Source: a bacterium
GTDB lineage: Bacteria > Electryoneota > Electryoneia > Electryoneales > Electryoneaceae
Direction: 5' to 3'
Assembly: GCA_963675295.2 (NCBI GenBank)
Contig: CAXXKJ010000002.1
Coordinates: 3,648,001-3,712,000 of the forward strand
Length of the DNA stretch: 64,000 nucleotides
Positions 22,058 through 32,761 of the stretch are shown here, piece after piece. The translations under genes were made by a program, and so were the position numbers. How positions within the stretch are numbered: position 1 is the first letter of the stretch; each line of letters opens with the position of its first letter. A model generated the notes under the pieces. The model did no database searches. It saw only the letters and a list, made by a program, of their open reading frames with translations, and was not told where the DNA came from.

Positions 22058-23273
22058 GACGGCTATCCCCCATCAGTTTGTTCAACAAGGCCTCGCGGCC
22101 GGTTTCGACATATCCCTTCGGCAGGCGCTCGAGCACTGCCTCGTAATACCCGGCGAGGATGATGCGCATCGCTTCATCCCGGTTGATGCCACGGCTTTCG
22201 AAGTAGAACAACTGCTCTTCCTCGAGCGGGCCGACAGTCACCCCGTGCGAGCATTTGACGTCATCGTTAACGATTTCCAGTTCCGGGATCGACTCAACGT
22301 GCGCCGTATCGCTCAGCAGCAGGTTTCGGTTCTCCTGGTACGCTTCGCAGATGGCGGCGTCTTCGTCGATGGCGATCAGGCCGGTGTAGGCGGACATCGA
22401 CGAATCGCGCAACGCCACCTTGTATAGCAGGTCGGAGAAGGATTCACCAGACGTGTGCTGGTGGCGGGTGTGCATATCGAAGTGCTGCTCTTTGTCGCCC
22501 AGCAGCAGGCCGGACCAGCGGCTCGACGCGCCACGTCCCGACAGCAGTGTCGACCAGTTGATCTTGGCGATGCCGGCGTTCAACGACAGCCCGGTGCTCT
22601 GCAGATCGACATCGCGGCCGACCTTGTTCCGCTGTGTCAGGAACAACGTCTGGTTGTCCGGCAGATTGACGGTCGTCGCGAACTTGACACGCGCGGCGTC
22701 TTTGGCGATCACCTCGACCACAGAGTTGATCTGGCCGTGAATGCCGGACTCACCGGTGTATTCGTCCACAATCGACACTTCGGCGTTCTTGCCGGCGATG
22801 ACCAGCAGCCGTGTAGCGAACAGACCGCCGTCGGTAGAACGGCGCAGGTGGATCGGCGCCTCGAACTCGGCGTTGTCCGGGATGATCAGCACCCAGCCAA
22901 GCCGTGAGGCGGCGAAGTTGAACGCTTCGAACGTGTCAAAGGTCGGGCCGACCAACGAGCCGAGATGCTGCTGCAGCAGGTCGGCATGGGTGTCGGCGGC
23001 TTCCTCGAGCTCGAGCAACTGTACGCCGGCATCAGTCGCCTCGGCGGGCAGATCGCCCTCGAGCGAACCGGTGATCGCGGCAGAATCAAACTCTTCTGTC
23101 GGCACGAACACTCGCGGATCGGTGTAGCGCCAGAGGTGCTTTACCCGGTCCGGCAGCGGCATCGTGGCATAGGATTCCCACGCCAGCTTGCGCTGTTGGT
23201 ACAGCCAGTTCGCTTCACCGTCCAACGGGAGGCGGAACTCGGCGGTCCTGGTATCTATCGTTGTGTTGTTCAT
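22047..23273 (-). CDS. sufD: Fe-S cluster assembly protein SufD
   Basis: WRYTD, NRNLLLS, PELEIVNDDVKCSHG, FYFESRGI. Confidence 0.9.
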   Translation of the reverse strand: MNNTTIDTRTAEFRLPLDGEANWLYQQRKLAWESYATMPLPDRVKHLWRYTDPRVFVPTEEFDSAAITGSLEGDLPAEATDAGVQLLELEEAADTHADLLQQHLGSLVGPTFDTFEAFNFAASRLGWVLIIPDNAEFEAPIHLRRSTDGGLFATRLLVIAGKNAEVSIVDEYTGESGIHGQINSVVEVIAKDAARVKFATTVNLPDNQTLFLTQRNKVGRDVDLQSTGLSLNAGIAKINWSTLLSGRGASSRWSGLLLGDKEQHFDMHTRHQHTSGESFSDLLYKVALRDSSMSAYTGLIAIDEDAAICEAYQENRNLLLSDTAHVESIPELEIVNDDVKCSHGVTVGPLEEEQLFYFESRGINRDEAMRIILAGYYEAVLERLPKGYVETGREALLNKLMGDSRHGG

Positions 23274-23299
23274 GGTCTCAGTTCTGTTGTGTATCAGTT

Positions 23300-23361
23300 G
23301 GGACAGTTACTCCGTTAAGTGTCCCTTCTACTCGGGGACACTTTGGGGACAAAGTGTCCCC
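23300..23361. repeat. REP-like palindrome doublet (type A + type B)
   Basis: gggacagttactccgttaagtgtccc followed by ggggacactttggggacaaagtgtcccc. Confidence 0.85.
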
Positions 23362-23401
23362 AGTGTGTTGCAACAGTCCGCCGCCCGCAGTCCGCAGTCC
23401 G

Positions 23402-24880
23402 TTACCCGACACTCCCTTCCATCTCGAGTTCGATCAGGCGGTTGAGTTCGACGGCGTATTCCATCGGCAATTCCTTGACGAACGGGTTGAGGAAGCCGTT
23501 AACGATCAACAGGCGCGCCTCATCCTCGCTCAGCCCACGGCTGGTCAGGTAGAACACCTGTTCTTCCGCGACCTTGGACACCGACGCCTCGTGCTCGATG
23601 GAAACCTTCTCATTGTCGATTTCCATCGTCGGATAGGTGTCCGTGCGCGACTTGTCATCCAGCAGCAGCGCGTCACACTCGACGTTCACCTTGCTGTTGA
23701 TCGCATTCGGGTACGCCTTGACGAGACCGCGATAAGACGACCGTCCGCCATCCTTGGAGATGGACTTCGCGGTGATGCGGCTGGACGTGTTCGGCGCAGC
23801 GTGGATTACCTTGGCACCGCTGTCCTGATGCTGGCCGTTGCCAGCGAACGCGACAGTCAGAATCTCACCCTTCGCGCCCTCACCAACGAGGTTGATGCAC
23901 GGGAACTTCATCGTCAGCTTCGAGCCGATGTTGCCGTCTACCCATTCAACGACAGAATTCTTGTGCGCCATCGCGCGTTTGGTCACCAGGTTGTAGATGT
24001 TCGGTGCCCAGTTCTGGATAGTGGTGTAACGGATGTAAGCATCATCCAGCGAAATCAGCTCAACGACCGCCGAATGGAGCGAGTTCGAAGTGTATACCGG
24101 CGCGGTGCAGCCCTCGATGTAGTGAACACGCGCGCCCTTGTCGGCGATGATCAACGTGCGCTCGAACTGGCCCATGTTCTCCGCGTTGATGCGGAAATAG
24201 GCCTGCAGCGGGACCGAGACGTCCACACCCGGTGGCACGTAGATGAACGATCCGCCGGACCAGACGGCCGAGTTTAGCGCGGAGAATTTGTTGTCCTCCG
24301 GCGGAATCACGGTCGCGAAGTACTTTTTCACGATGTCTTCGTGCTCACGCAGGCCGGAGTCCATATCCATGAAGATGACGCCCATGTCCGTGAGCTCCTG
24401 CTTCACGTTGTGGTACACCACCTCGGATTCGTACTGCGCCGACACACCCGCGAGGAATTTGCGTTCCGCTTCTGGAACACCGAGCCGGTCGAACGTTTTC
24501 TTGATGTTCTCCGGGACATCATCCCAGGTTCGGCCCTGGAATTCCGCCGGCTTGATGTAGTAGTAGATGTCATCGAAGTCGATCTCGTTGAGCAGCTTGG
24601 TGTTGCCCCAACGTGGCATCGGCTTGGCGTAGAAGGTGTCGAGAGCCTTGTGACGGAAGTCCCGCATCCACTGCGGTTCCTTCTTCATCAGGCTCATCAT
24701 CTCGACCACCTCATGATTCAGGCCCTTCGCGCCCTTGTGGAAGTATTCTTCCGGGTCGTGGAAACCGTACTTCGTGAGGTAGTCCGATCCGATCTGGCGC
24801 AATTCGGCGTTCTGTTCCGGCTCGCCGGGCTTCGCGCCGTTTTCGGTCTGTATCGTATCTGGATGCAGTAGTTCTGCCAT
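23402..24880 (-). CDS. sufB: Fe-S cluster assembly protein SufB
   Basis: [43 protein letters not shown]. Confidence 0.97.
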   Translation of the reverse strand: MAELLHPDTIQTENGAKPGEPEQNAELRQIGSDYLTKYGFHDPEEYFHKGAKGLNHEVVEMMSLMKKEPQWMRDFRHKALDTFYAKPMPRWGNTKLLNEIDFDDIYYYIKPAEFQGRTWDDVPENIKKTFDRLGVPEAERKFLAGVSAQYESEVVYHNVKQELTDMGVIFMDMDSGLREHEDIVKKYFATVIPPEDNKFSALNSAVWSGGSFIYVPPGVDVSVPLQAYFRINAENMGQFERTLIIADKGARVHYIEGCTAPVYTSNSLHSAVVELISLDDAYIRYTTIQNWAPNIYNLVTKRAMAHKNSVVEWVDGNIGSKLTMKFPCINLVGEGAKGEILTVAFAGNGQHQDSGAKVIHAAPNTSSRITAKSISKDGGRSSYRGLVKAYPNAINSKVNVECDALLLDDKSRTDTYPTMEIDNEKVSIEHEASVSKVAEEQVFYLTSRGLSEDEARLLIVNGFLNPFVKELPMEYAVELNRLIELEMEGSVG

Positions 24881-24900
24881 GGTAAATTCCTCAAAGTCAG

Positions 24901-25010
24901 TTTTGAGTTGTGAGTTGTGAGCTGTGAGTCAGAACCCGATGACGCCCAGTAAATCCAGCAATCACAGTACAGGTTTTCAACTCACCACTCATCACTCGTT
25001 ACTCACAACT
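24901..25010. repeat. inverted heptamer arrays (GAGTTGT)n...(ACTCACA)n
   Basis: Degenerate 7-nt tandem units in opposite orientations between sufC and sufB. Confidence 0.65.
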
Positions 25011-25015
25011 GAAGC

Positions 25016-25780
25016 TCACGCCGCGACGGCTTCTTCCTTGAGCCAGTCGTAGCCGAGATCTTCCAGCTTGTGCGCGAGTTCCGGGCCACCGCTCTGCACG
25101 ATCCTACCGTTCATCAGCACGTGCACATGGTCCGGCTTGACGTAGTTCAGGATGCGCTGGTAGTGGGTGACCATCAGGACGGCATTGTCGTCCCCGGCGA
25201 CCGCGTTGACACCCTTGCTGACAATCTTCAGCGCGTCGATGTCGAGGCCGGAGTCGGTTTCGTCGAGGATCGCGACCTTCGGCTTCAGCATCGCCATCTG
25301 CAGGATTTCGAAACGCTTCTTCTCACCACCGGAAAAACCGTCGTTGACAAACCGGTCGGCGAATTCCTTCTTCATCTCGAGCAGCTCGAAGGCGGCGTTG
25401 AGATCCTTGCGGAACTGGCGCAACGCGTCCGCGGAATCACCGTGACGGGCCTTCATCGCGGAACGCATGAACGCGGTCACACTCACGCCCGGTACCGCCA
25501 TCGGATACTGGAACGCGAGGAACAGACCGGCGAGTGCACGCTCGGTGGCGTCCATCTCAAGCAGATCTTCGCCGTCGATCTTGACCGATCCGGAGGTGAT
25601 CTCGTAGGCCGGATGTCCGGCGATTGCGTTCGCCATGGACGATTTGCCGGACCCGTTCGGGCCCATGATCGCGTGCTTCTCACCACGGTTGAGCGTCAAC
25701 GAGACGCCCTTCAATACTTCCACCCCTTCGACCGTGACATGCAGGTCGTTGATCTCGAGCAGGGGGACCTTGTTACTCAT
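25016..25780 (-). CDS. sufC: Fe-S cluster assembly ATPase SufC
   Basis: GPNGSGKS, FLAFQYP, GFSGGEKKR, LDETDSGLDIDAL. Confidence 0.97.
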   Translation of the reverse strand: MSNKVPLLEINDLHVTVEGVEVLKGVSLTLNRGEKHAIMGPNGSGKSSMANAIAGHPAYEITSGSVKIDGEDLLEMDATERALAGLFLAFQYPMAVPGVSVTAFMRSAMKARHGDSADALRQFRKDLNAAFELLEMKKEFADRFVNDGFSGGEKKRFEILQMAMLKPKVAILDETDSGLDIDALKIVSKGVNAVAGDDNAVLMVTHYQRILNYVKPDHVHVLMNGRIVQSGGPELAHKLEDLGYDWLKEEAVAA

Positions 25781-25829
25781 GCTGCGTACTCCGTTCTATC
25801 GTTATCGTTTTGATGTTTAAGCCTCTTAC

Positions 25830-25945
25830 GGGGACACTTACTCCGTTAAGTGTCCCCGTTTGAAACCGTTCCCCGGGAAACTATGGAGACGACGTGTCAC
25901 CGGGTAAATCCATGATTGGGGACACTTTGGGGACGAAGTGTCCCC
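25830..25945. repeat. REP-like palindrome doublet (type A + type B)
   Basis: ggggacacttactccgttaagtgtcccc (25830-25857) and ggggacactttggggacgaagtgtcccc (25918-25945). Confidence 0.85.
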
Positions 25946-25955
25946 TCTCTCAGCT

Positions 25956-26441
25956 TCACCCCATCTGCGCCTTGGCCAGCTGCTGCTTCGCCAGATCGAC
26001 GATGCTCATCCCGGCTCCGTCGCTGGCGCGGACGACATCCTCCAACGTTACCTGGCTGAGCAGGCCGTTGATCAAATGGTTCATCCCGGCCCAGACTCCG
26101 CGTACCGAACAGTCGTCGCTGTGGACACAGTTCTGGTCGCTGGCCGGACTGCCGTATCGGTCGCAGTGGGACGGTCCGAACAACGGTTCGCCGAGCGCCT
26201 CAAATGCTTCGGTTAACCGGATCGCCTCGGGCGTTTTCGCGAGGATGTAGCCTCCGTTGCGTCCACGCATCGAATCCACCAGACCCGCCTGCCGCAACAG
26301 GTTCATGATCTTCGCGGCGTACGGCTGGCTGAGGCCTTCATCCCCACCGATGTCAGCGAGGGTGAGCGGCACTCCCGGTCCCTTCTTCGCAAGCAGGACC
26401 AGGCAACGGAGCCCGTATTCTTCAGTGGCGGTGATTCTCAT
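25956..26441 (-). CDS. Rrf2 family transcriptional regulator (IscR/SufR-like, 3 Cys)
   Basis: EEYGLRCL, LVDSMRGRNGGYIL, C-x10-C-x5-C; heads the suf operon. Confidence 0.9.
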   Translation of the reverse strand: MRITATEEYGLRCLVLLAKKGPGVPLTLADIGGDEGLSQPYAAKIMNLLRQAGLVDSMRGRNGGYILAKTPEAIRLTEAFEALGEPLFGPSHCDRYGSPASDQNCVHSDDCSVRGVWAGMNHLINGLLSQVTLEDVVRASDGAGMSIVDLAKQQLAKAQMG

Positions 26442-26705
26442 GGCGGTTGCCGGTGACCGGTTCCCGTGTTGGTTCGACCTTAAAGAGCTACAAAAAAGTA
26501 CAGATTATCGGCAAAGAAAAAGGCGTCGTTTCGTCGCCTTGACTTTCCGTATCCGTTTGATGCGTCACGCGGCCCGAAGTTCCATCGGAGCGCTCCGGGG
26601 CATCTGTCGCTCAAATCCGATACAAGAAAGTATAGATTTAAACCGTCCAAGTCGAGGGCCGGGCTCTGTTGATCTCTCCTGTCCGAGATGTCGGCCCCGG
26701 TGTAG

Positions 26706-27062
26706 TCACGACTCGTCCGCCGTGTCGAGCTGCTCCCAGCGTGCGAAGGCACGGCGCAGGTGCGGCACGACAATCGAACCACCGACGATGTACGCGATGG
26801 TCATCGCCTCCTCGTACTCCTCGGCGGTGACTCCCAGTTCGTGGCACTGGACGGTGTGGTAGCTGATGCAATCGTCACAGCGCAGGACCGTGGACGCGAC
26901 CAGTCCGAGCAGCTCCTTGGTCTTGCCGTCGAGCGCGCCGTCCTTGTACGCCATCACGTCCAGGTTCATCAACCGCTTCATCGAGGTGCCGGCGTGCTTG
27001 AGAATCCGCTCGTTGCCCTCCTCGCGATCCTTGTGGTACTGATCCAGCGATGCGATATCCAT
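26706..27062 (-). CDS. carboxymuconolactone decarboxylase / AhpD-like protein
   Basis: GALDGKTKELLGLVAS..LRCDDCISYH. Confidence 0.9.
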   Translation of the reverse strand: MDIASLDQYHKDREEGNERILKHAGTSMKRLMNLDVMAYKDGALDGKTKELLGLVASTVLRCDDCISYHTVQCHELGVTAEEYEEAMTIAYIVGGSIVVPHLRRAFARWEQLDTADES

Positions 27063-27080
27063 AATCACCTCTCTCTCATC

Positions 27081-27553
27081 GTCCACGAAATACACGAAAA
27101 TAAACGAAAACTACTCTTCCTCAGCTACAAACCCAGTCCAAATCAACCGCTTTACTGTCACTTTCGGATAAGATCCAAAATTGACCAGCAGCCCCAGGGA
27201 TACTCCGGTTGCCTTTAGGTAATTTATCACCTGGGCCTGGTGCTGAGTTGTCAAGGAAGCAAGCGCTTTCAATTCAACGACAATACTGTCGTAACAAATG
27301 AAATCCGGTCGGTATGTTTGACTTAGCTCTTTTCCCTTATAGTGCAACCTAAGTTCTGGTTGAGCTACAAACGGAATCTTTCTTGCTGTGAATTCCTTTT
27401 CAAGACACTCCTGGTAGACTGATTCCAGGAATCCGCAACCCATTTGTTTGTATACTTCGAATAAAGCACCTTGTATCGAATACACCTCTTCCTTAAATAC
27501 CAGTGCCATCTTTCCCTCTTTTATTTTCGTTTATTTTCGTGTATTTCGTGGAC
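27081..27553. mobile_element. putative GxxExxY cassette bounded by perfect 30-bp inverted repeats
   Basis: gtccacgaaatacacgaaaataaacgaaaa (27081-27110) and its exact reverse complement (27524-27553) enclose a lower-GC gene. Confidence 0.65.
27111..27509 (-). CDS. GxxExxY protein (PD-(D/E)XK nuclease-like)
   Basis: GCGFLESVYQECL, YRPDFIC, VELKA, QVINYLKAT, GLLVNFG. Confidence 0.95.
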   Translation of the reverse strand: MALVFKEEVYSIQGALFEVYKQMGCGFLESVYQECLEKEFTARKIPFVAQPELRLHYKGKELSQTYRPDFICYDSIVVELKALASLTTQHQAQVINYLKATGVSLGLLVNFGSYPKVTVKRLIWTGFVAEEE

Positions 27554-27564
27554 ATCCTTTTATG

Positions 27565-28041
27565 TCAGTTCTTTGCCGGAGTCTTTTTCAGGATGCCGGA
27601 AACCTCGATCTTTTCCGCGGTGACAGTCATCGATTTCAATTCAGCCCACTGCTGAGCGCGTGGCGGGATGCGAGCGATGATACGTTTGCCATCCATCTGG
27701 ATCCGTTTATCACCCTTGGCACGCAGCATCAGTTCGATCGGTTTGCGCAGCAGGATCGACAGGTTGGTGTTGAACGAGACCCGGTCCGGATGCACCTGGA
27801 AATCGTCCAGCTTGATCCTCGCCTTGATCGGGTCGACGACACGCAGGTGGATCGCGCCGTGCTCGAGGTTTTCGACTTCCGCGCGGCCGTGTGCAGGCGT
27901 GCCCTGCATCAGCTCGGGGAATTCGTGTTTCTGGATAATGATGGTGAAACCGTCTTTGGCCGCTTCGAGGTCGAGCGGTTCACCAGCCTTGTGCTTGCGC
28001 TGGATCTCCTTGAGATCCGCGACAGTCAGGGTCATCGGCAT
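27565..28041 (-). CDS. hypothetical protein
   Basis: Host-like codon usage, directly downstream of mutS; no family recognised. Confidence 0.65.
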   Translation of the reverse strand: MPMTLTVADLKEIQRKHKAGEPLDLEAAKDGFTIIIQKHEFPELMQGTPAHGRAEVENLEHGAIHLRVVDPIKARIKLDDFQVHPDRVSFNTNLSILLRKPIELMLRAKGDKRIQMDGKRIIARIPPRAQQWAELKSMTVTAEKIEVSGILKKTPAKN

Positions 28042-28075
28042 GGAAAAAGTCCTTTGGTTACAAAAATGGTGGGTG

Positions 28076-30751
28076 TTACTCAGAACTGGATTCGTCAACA
28101 GCATCGCCGGTATCTTCGGTAGTACCGGACATGCCGTACTTGTCTTTCAGGTCCGCCAGCAGACGCAGGGCCTCCAGCGGGGTCATGTTGTTGAGGTCGA
28201 GCTTGCCGAGTTCGTCACGCACCGCGCGTTCTTCGACGGTGAACAGCTGCAGTTGCAACGGGTCGTGCTGGGGCGCGATGTCACGCGTTTTCGGTTTCGC
28301 CAGCCGTGGCAGGTTATCGTCGGTGAACTCGGTAGCTTCGAGGGTTTTCAGCACCTCGGCCGCGCGGTCGATAACGGGCCGTGGCACACCGGCCAGCCGG
28401 GCAACCTGGATGCCGTAGCTCGCGCCGGACCGTCCCGCCGACACCTTGCGCATGAAGATGATACGTTCACCCCATTCCCTTACCTGTACGTGCAGGTTGA
28501 AAACCCGTTCCAGCACTGACTCCAGCTCGGTGAGTTCGTGGTAATGGGTCGCGAACAGGACTTTCGGGCGCTCGCCATCCTCGGCAGCGGGGAACTGATG
28601 CAGGTATTCGACCATCGCCCACGCCAGCGACAGGCCGTCGAAGGTTGAGGTACCGCGTCCGATTTCGTCGAACAGGATCAGGCTGCGTCCGGTGCAGTTG
28701 TGCAGGATATTCGCGGCTTCGTGCATCTCGACGAGGAACGTCGATTCGCCGCCGGCGAGGTTGTCGGACGCGCCAACGCGGGTAAAGACACGATCCGTCA
28801 GGGGAACACGGGCTTCGTCGGCGGGGACATACAACCCGGCGTGCGCCATCAGCACAATCAATCCCACCTGCCGCAGGTACGTCGACTTGCCGCCCATGTT
28901 CGGACCGGTAACCAGGGCGATCTGACGGTGATCGTCGCCGATCTCGAGATCGTTGGCGATGAACGACTCTCCGGCGGGCAGCAGATTCTCGATCACCGGG
29001 TGGCGGCTGCGGACGAGACGCAGGCGTCCGTTCTGATGAATCGACGGGCGGGTGTATCTCTGCGCCACGGCGAGTTCGGCGGACGCCGCGAGCACATCCA
29101 GCAGCGCGAGCGAATGAGCGTCCTGCTGGATCGGGCCGGCGTGGGCCGCAACACGGTCGCAGATCTCGTCGAAGAGTTGCTTCTCGATCTCGAGGATTTC
29201 CTCTTCGGCGCGGGTGATCTTCTCTTCCCACACCTTGAGGTCGGGCGTGATGAAGCGTTCGGCGTTGACCAGCGTCTGCTTGCGGATGTAATCCTCAGGC
29301 ACGCGGTCAAGGTTCGCCTTGCTCACCTCAATGTAGTAGCCGAACACTTTGTTGTACCCGATGGAAAGGCTGTTGATGCCGGTACGCTGGCGTTCTTCCT
29401 CCTGCCGGGACTGAATGACGTCCTTGCCGCCCTTTGCGATAGTGCGAAGTTCGTCAAGACGTTCGTCGTAACCATCCGCGATCGCGCCACCGTTGGCCAG
29501 TGTCGCCGGCGGCGATTCCTTAATCGCACGCTTCAGCTCGTCCGCCAGCTCGTCCAGCGGATCGATCCGTTCACGGCAGAACTGGATCAGCGAGGCCTGC
29601 GCCTCGTCAATTACGATCAGGATGCCGGGCAGCGACAGCAGCGTGTCGCGTAATGCTGCCGCGTCACGCGGGGTACCGCGCCGGGTGGTCAGGCGCGCGG
29701 TCAGACGTTCGAGGTCGCCGAGTTGGCGCAGTCGTTGCCGCAATTGGTTCCGCAGGGTTTGCTGCTCGAATAATTCCTCGACGCCATCGAGCCGGACTTC
29801 GATCTGCTGCTTGTCGAGCAACGGACGCAGCACATGCTGCACCAGCAATCGCCGTCCGAACGGTGTCACCGTGCGGTCGATGTGCGCGAACAGGGTCGAG
29901 CCGGCGTCACCGGAACGTAGCGGTTCGACCAGTTCGAGGTTTCGACGGGTTGCGGCGTCGATGAGCAGAAAGTCATCCAGCGGCAGACGGCTCAGCCCCT
30001 GGATGTGTCCGGGATCGGCGCGGAGGTTCTCCTTGACGTAGTGGAGCGTCGCACCGGCGGCGCTGGACGCGGGTTCGTCGGATTCGAGCCCGAATCCTTT
30101 CAGGGTCTGGACCTTGAAGTGACCAGTGAGCGTGTCACGAGCGAAATCGGCATCGAAGATCCAGTCCGGCAAGGGAGTGAGCATCGTACTCGGCGGCAGT
30201 AAGGCACGAATGTCGTCACGATCCTCTTCTCGGCAGAGGATTTCCCGTGGACGGAGCAGATCGATGCGGTCCCGCACCTTGTCCGCCGGCATCGACCCGG
30301 CGGAGAATTCGCCGGTGGTGACATCACAGACCGCGAAGCCTGTGCGTTGCCCGTCCGGCATCAAGGCCGCGAGGTATTGATTCTCCGGGGCATCAAGGGC
30401 TTCTTCAGACAAGTTGGTGCCGGCGGTGACGATGCGGACGATGTCACGTTTAACCAGTCCTTTAGCCTGCTTCGGGTCTTCAACCTGCTCGACAACGACG
30501 ACTCGCTTGCCAGCACGGTTCATCCGTGCGAGGTAGGCCTCGAGCTGGTGGTGAGGGAATCCGGCGAGCGGAACCTCTGCGGTGCGGCCTTTTCCATGCG
30601 AACGTTTGGTGAGAGTAATGTTGAGGATGGAGTGCGCCTCGATGGCGTCTTCATGAAACATCTCGAAGAAGTCACCCATCCTGAAAAAGATGATATGGTC
30701 CGGATATTGTTGTTTAATCCGGTGGTATTGTTCCATCATCGGCGTCGCCAT
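28076..30751 (-). CDS. mutS: DNA mismatch repair protein MutS
   Basis: TPMMEQY, FFRMGDFFE, TGPNMGGKSTYLRQ, DEIGRGTSTFDG, SYGIQVARLAG. Confidence 0.98.
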   Translation of the reverse strand: MATPMMEQYHRIKQQYPDHIIFFRMGDFFEMFHEDAIEAHSILNITLTKRSHGKGRTAEVPLAGFPHHQLEAYLARMNRAGKRVVVVEQVEDPKQAKGLVKRDIVRIVTAGTNLSEEALDAPENQYLAALMPDGQRTGFAVCDVTTGEFSAGSMPADKVRDRIDLLRPREILCREEDRDDIRALLPPSTMLTPLPDWIFDADFARDTLTGHFKVQTLKGFGLESDEPASSAAGATLHYVKENLRADPGHIQGLSRLPLDDFLLIDAATRRNLELVEPLRSGDAGSTLFAHIDRTVTPFGRRLLVQHVLRPLLDKQQIEVRLDGVEELFEQQTLRNQLRQRLRQLGDLERLTARLTTRRGTPRDAAALRDTLLSLPGILIVIDEAQASLIQFCRERIDPLDELADELKRAIKESPPATLANGGAIADGYDERLDELRTIAKGGKDVIQSRQEEERQRTGINSLSIGYNKVFGYYIEVSKANLDRVPEDYIRKQTLVNAERFITPDLKVWEEKITRAEEEILEIEKQLFDEICDRVAAHAGPIQQDAHSLALLDVLAASAELAVAQRYTRPSIHQNGRLRLVRSRHPVIENLLPAGESFIANDLEIGDDHRQIALVTGPNMGGKSTYLRQVGLIVLMAHAGLYVPADEARVPLTDRVFTRVGASDNLAGGESTFLVEMHEAANILHNCTGRSLILFDEIGRGTSTFDGLSLAWAMVEYLHQFPAAEDGERPKVLFATHYHELTELESVLERVFNLHVQVREWGERIIFMRKVSAGRSGASYGIQVARLAGVPRPVIDRAAEVLKTLEATEFTDDNLPRLAKPKTRDIAPQHDPLQLQLFTVEERAVRDELGKLDLNNMTPLEALRLLADLKDKYGMSGTTEDTGDAVDESSSE

Positions 30752-31170
30752 GCACGCCGTCTCCCTGTTATCCGCAAACAGTTTCGCAAGATAGTGAGGT
30801 GGGAAGAAAATGCCATCTCACCACCCGTGGAAAGTACGTCTCTCCAAACATCGATAACGAGGCTGAAAAGGGCTGGATCGCCGGAGGCTCGCTTGACTCG
30901 TTTCTAACAGGCTGATATCTTCGCTATCTACACTTTGTGCAATATCGTGCGAAGTGCATCGGGGGGAGTCACGGGCGTAGACTCCAGTTTTCTGGCAGTA
31001 CCTCTCACGATCCATTTATGTAAGTCTGTCGGGAGTATGTCAGTACAGATCTTCTCTCCTGTAGGTTGAGGAGTGTATTCATACCGGCTAGTGTCATCTG
31101 GATAGAACTGGGGCATAATCATGTTCTATTTGGAACATGAATGTCACCACAACATGTAAGGAGGTTTGGA

Positions 31171-32475
31171 ATGTCGAAGCTCTTCGAGCGTTTGCAGGAA
31201 CTGATCCCCCAGTGGCGCGCTGAACGTGCTGAGATGATCAAGAACCACGGCAGCATGGTTCTGTCAGAATGCACGGTTGCCCAGGCGTATGGCGGTATGC
31301 GCGGCGTCAAAGGGATGATCTGTGAAACGTCCCTCGTGGAACCGGACAAGGGCTTGATCATCCAGGGTCGTCCGTTACTGGACATCATGGATCTGTGGCC
31401 TGAGGAAACGTTCTACCTCCTGCTGACTGGTGACATCCCCGATGAAGAGACGAAGCAGGAATTGATTGCCGAATACGGCCGCCGGTCGCACGTTCCGGAT
31501 TACATCTGGGACATCCTCTACGCGATGCCGGAAGACTCCCACCCGATGACGATGCTTGACACGGCGATTCTCGCGATGCAGCGGGAAAGCGTCTTCGCCG
31601 CGCAGTACGCCAAGGGCATGACGAAGGATCAGTACTGGGTCTACACCCTGGAAGATGCGCTGAACATCCTCGCGCGTCTGCCGGGTATCGCGGCTGGTGT
31701 CTATCGCATCCGGTACAACAAGGGTGGCCTGATTCCGTGGACCCCGGGTCTTGACTGGGGCGCCAACTACGCGAACATGCTCGGCCTTCCGGATCCGGAC
31801 GGTTCCTTCGCCGAACTGATGCGTCTGTACCTGCACTTCCACTGCGACCATGAAGGTGGCAACGTCTCCGCGAACACGTGCCACACGGTTGGCTCCGCCC
31901 TGTCCGATCCGTACTACTCGGTTTCGGCCGGTCTGAACGGTCTCGCCGGGCCGCTTCACGGCCTCGCGAACCAGGAATGCCTCGGCTGGATCATCGAGAC
32001 GATGGAGAAGTTCGGCGGCGTCCCGACGGAAGACGAGATCCGTGAGTACGCGTTTGACACACTGCGCTCCGGCAAGGTCATCCCGGGCTACGGTCACGCC
32101 GTGCTGCGTGTCACCGACCCGCGCTTCACCGGCTTCAACATGTTCGGCAAGAAGCGTCTCCCGAACGATCCGGTGTTCCAGACCGTCGACCGCGTCTTCA
32201 CCGTCGTGCCGAAAGTGCTGGAAGAGTTCAGCGACGAACGCGTCAAGGCAGGCAAGAACCCGATCGCGAACTTCTGGCCGAACGTGGACGCCGGCTCCGG
32301 CGCACTGCTGTATCACTACGGCCTCACCGAGTTCCAGTACTACACGGTGCTCTTCAGTGTCAGCCGTTCGATGGGTATGCTTTCGCAACTCGTTTGGAAC
32401 CGGGCAGTTGGCACCGCGATCACCCGTCCGAAATCCGTTGGCTCCAAGTTTATCCGGGAATTGGCCGCAAAATAA
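31171..32475 (+). CDS. gltA: citrate (Si)-synthase, eukaryote-like type
   Basis: QAYGGMRG, DHEGGNVSA, LAGPLHGLANQE, PGYGHAVLR, WPNVDA. Confidence 0.92.
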   Translation: MSKLFERLQELIPQWRAERAEMIKNHGSMVLSECTVAQAYGGMRGVKGMICETSLVEPDKGLIIQGRPLLDIMDLWPEETFYLLLTGDIPDEETKQELIAEYGRRSHVPDYIWDILYAMPEDSHPMTMLDTAILAMQRESVFAAQYAKGMTKDQYWVYTLEDALNILARLPGIAAGVYRIRYNKGGLIPWTPGLDWGANYANMLGLPDPDGSFAELMRLYLHFHCDHEGGNVSANTCHTVGSALSDPYYSVSAGLNGLAGPLHGLANQECLGWIIETMEKFGGVPTEDEIREYAFDTLRSGKVIPGYGHAVLRVTDPRFTGFNMFGKKRLPNDPVFQTVDRVFTVVPKVLEEFSDERVKAGKNPIANFWPNVDAGSGALLYHYGLTEFQYYTVLFSVSRSMGMLSQLVWNRAVGTAITRPKSVGSKFIRELAAK

Positions 32476-32524
32476 CGGGCAACACCCTATTTCGGATTTC
32501 GAGAGTTTACATTACGTACACATG

Positions 32525-32556
32525 CAAGGCCGGGGCACATGCACCGGCCTTGTTTC
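32525..32556 (+). terminator. intrinsic terminator after citrate synthase
   Basis: caaggccgg-N10-ccggccttg followed by T-rich sequence. Confidence 0.55.
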
Positions 32557-32761
32557 TGGCTTTTGCTGGCCAAGGAAGAGGAGAAAGATTTTGGGATTTT
32601 GTTGATTGGAGCCATCAGAGCCAAAAGTTAATTATTACGAGTTATCATTTTTGACATTATCATAAACTTGGTTATATTTACCCGTGAGCACCAGGCGCGG
32701 AGCTCGGCTGCAAACGAGACGGCGAAAAGCCCGCCGTTCTGAGAAGCGAATCAGGAATCGT

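Noticed and set aside
20212-26441. suf operon without sufE/sufU/sufA as a novelty
   Set aside because: Reduced suf operons with a Rieske ferredoxin are common, and partners may be encoded elsewhere.
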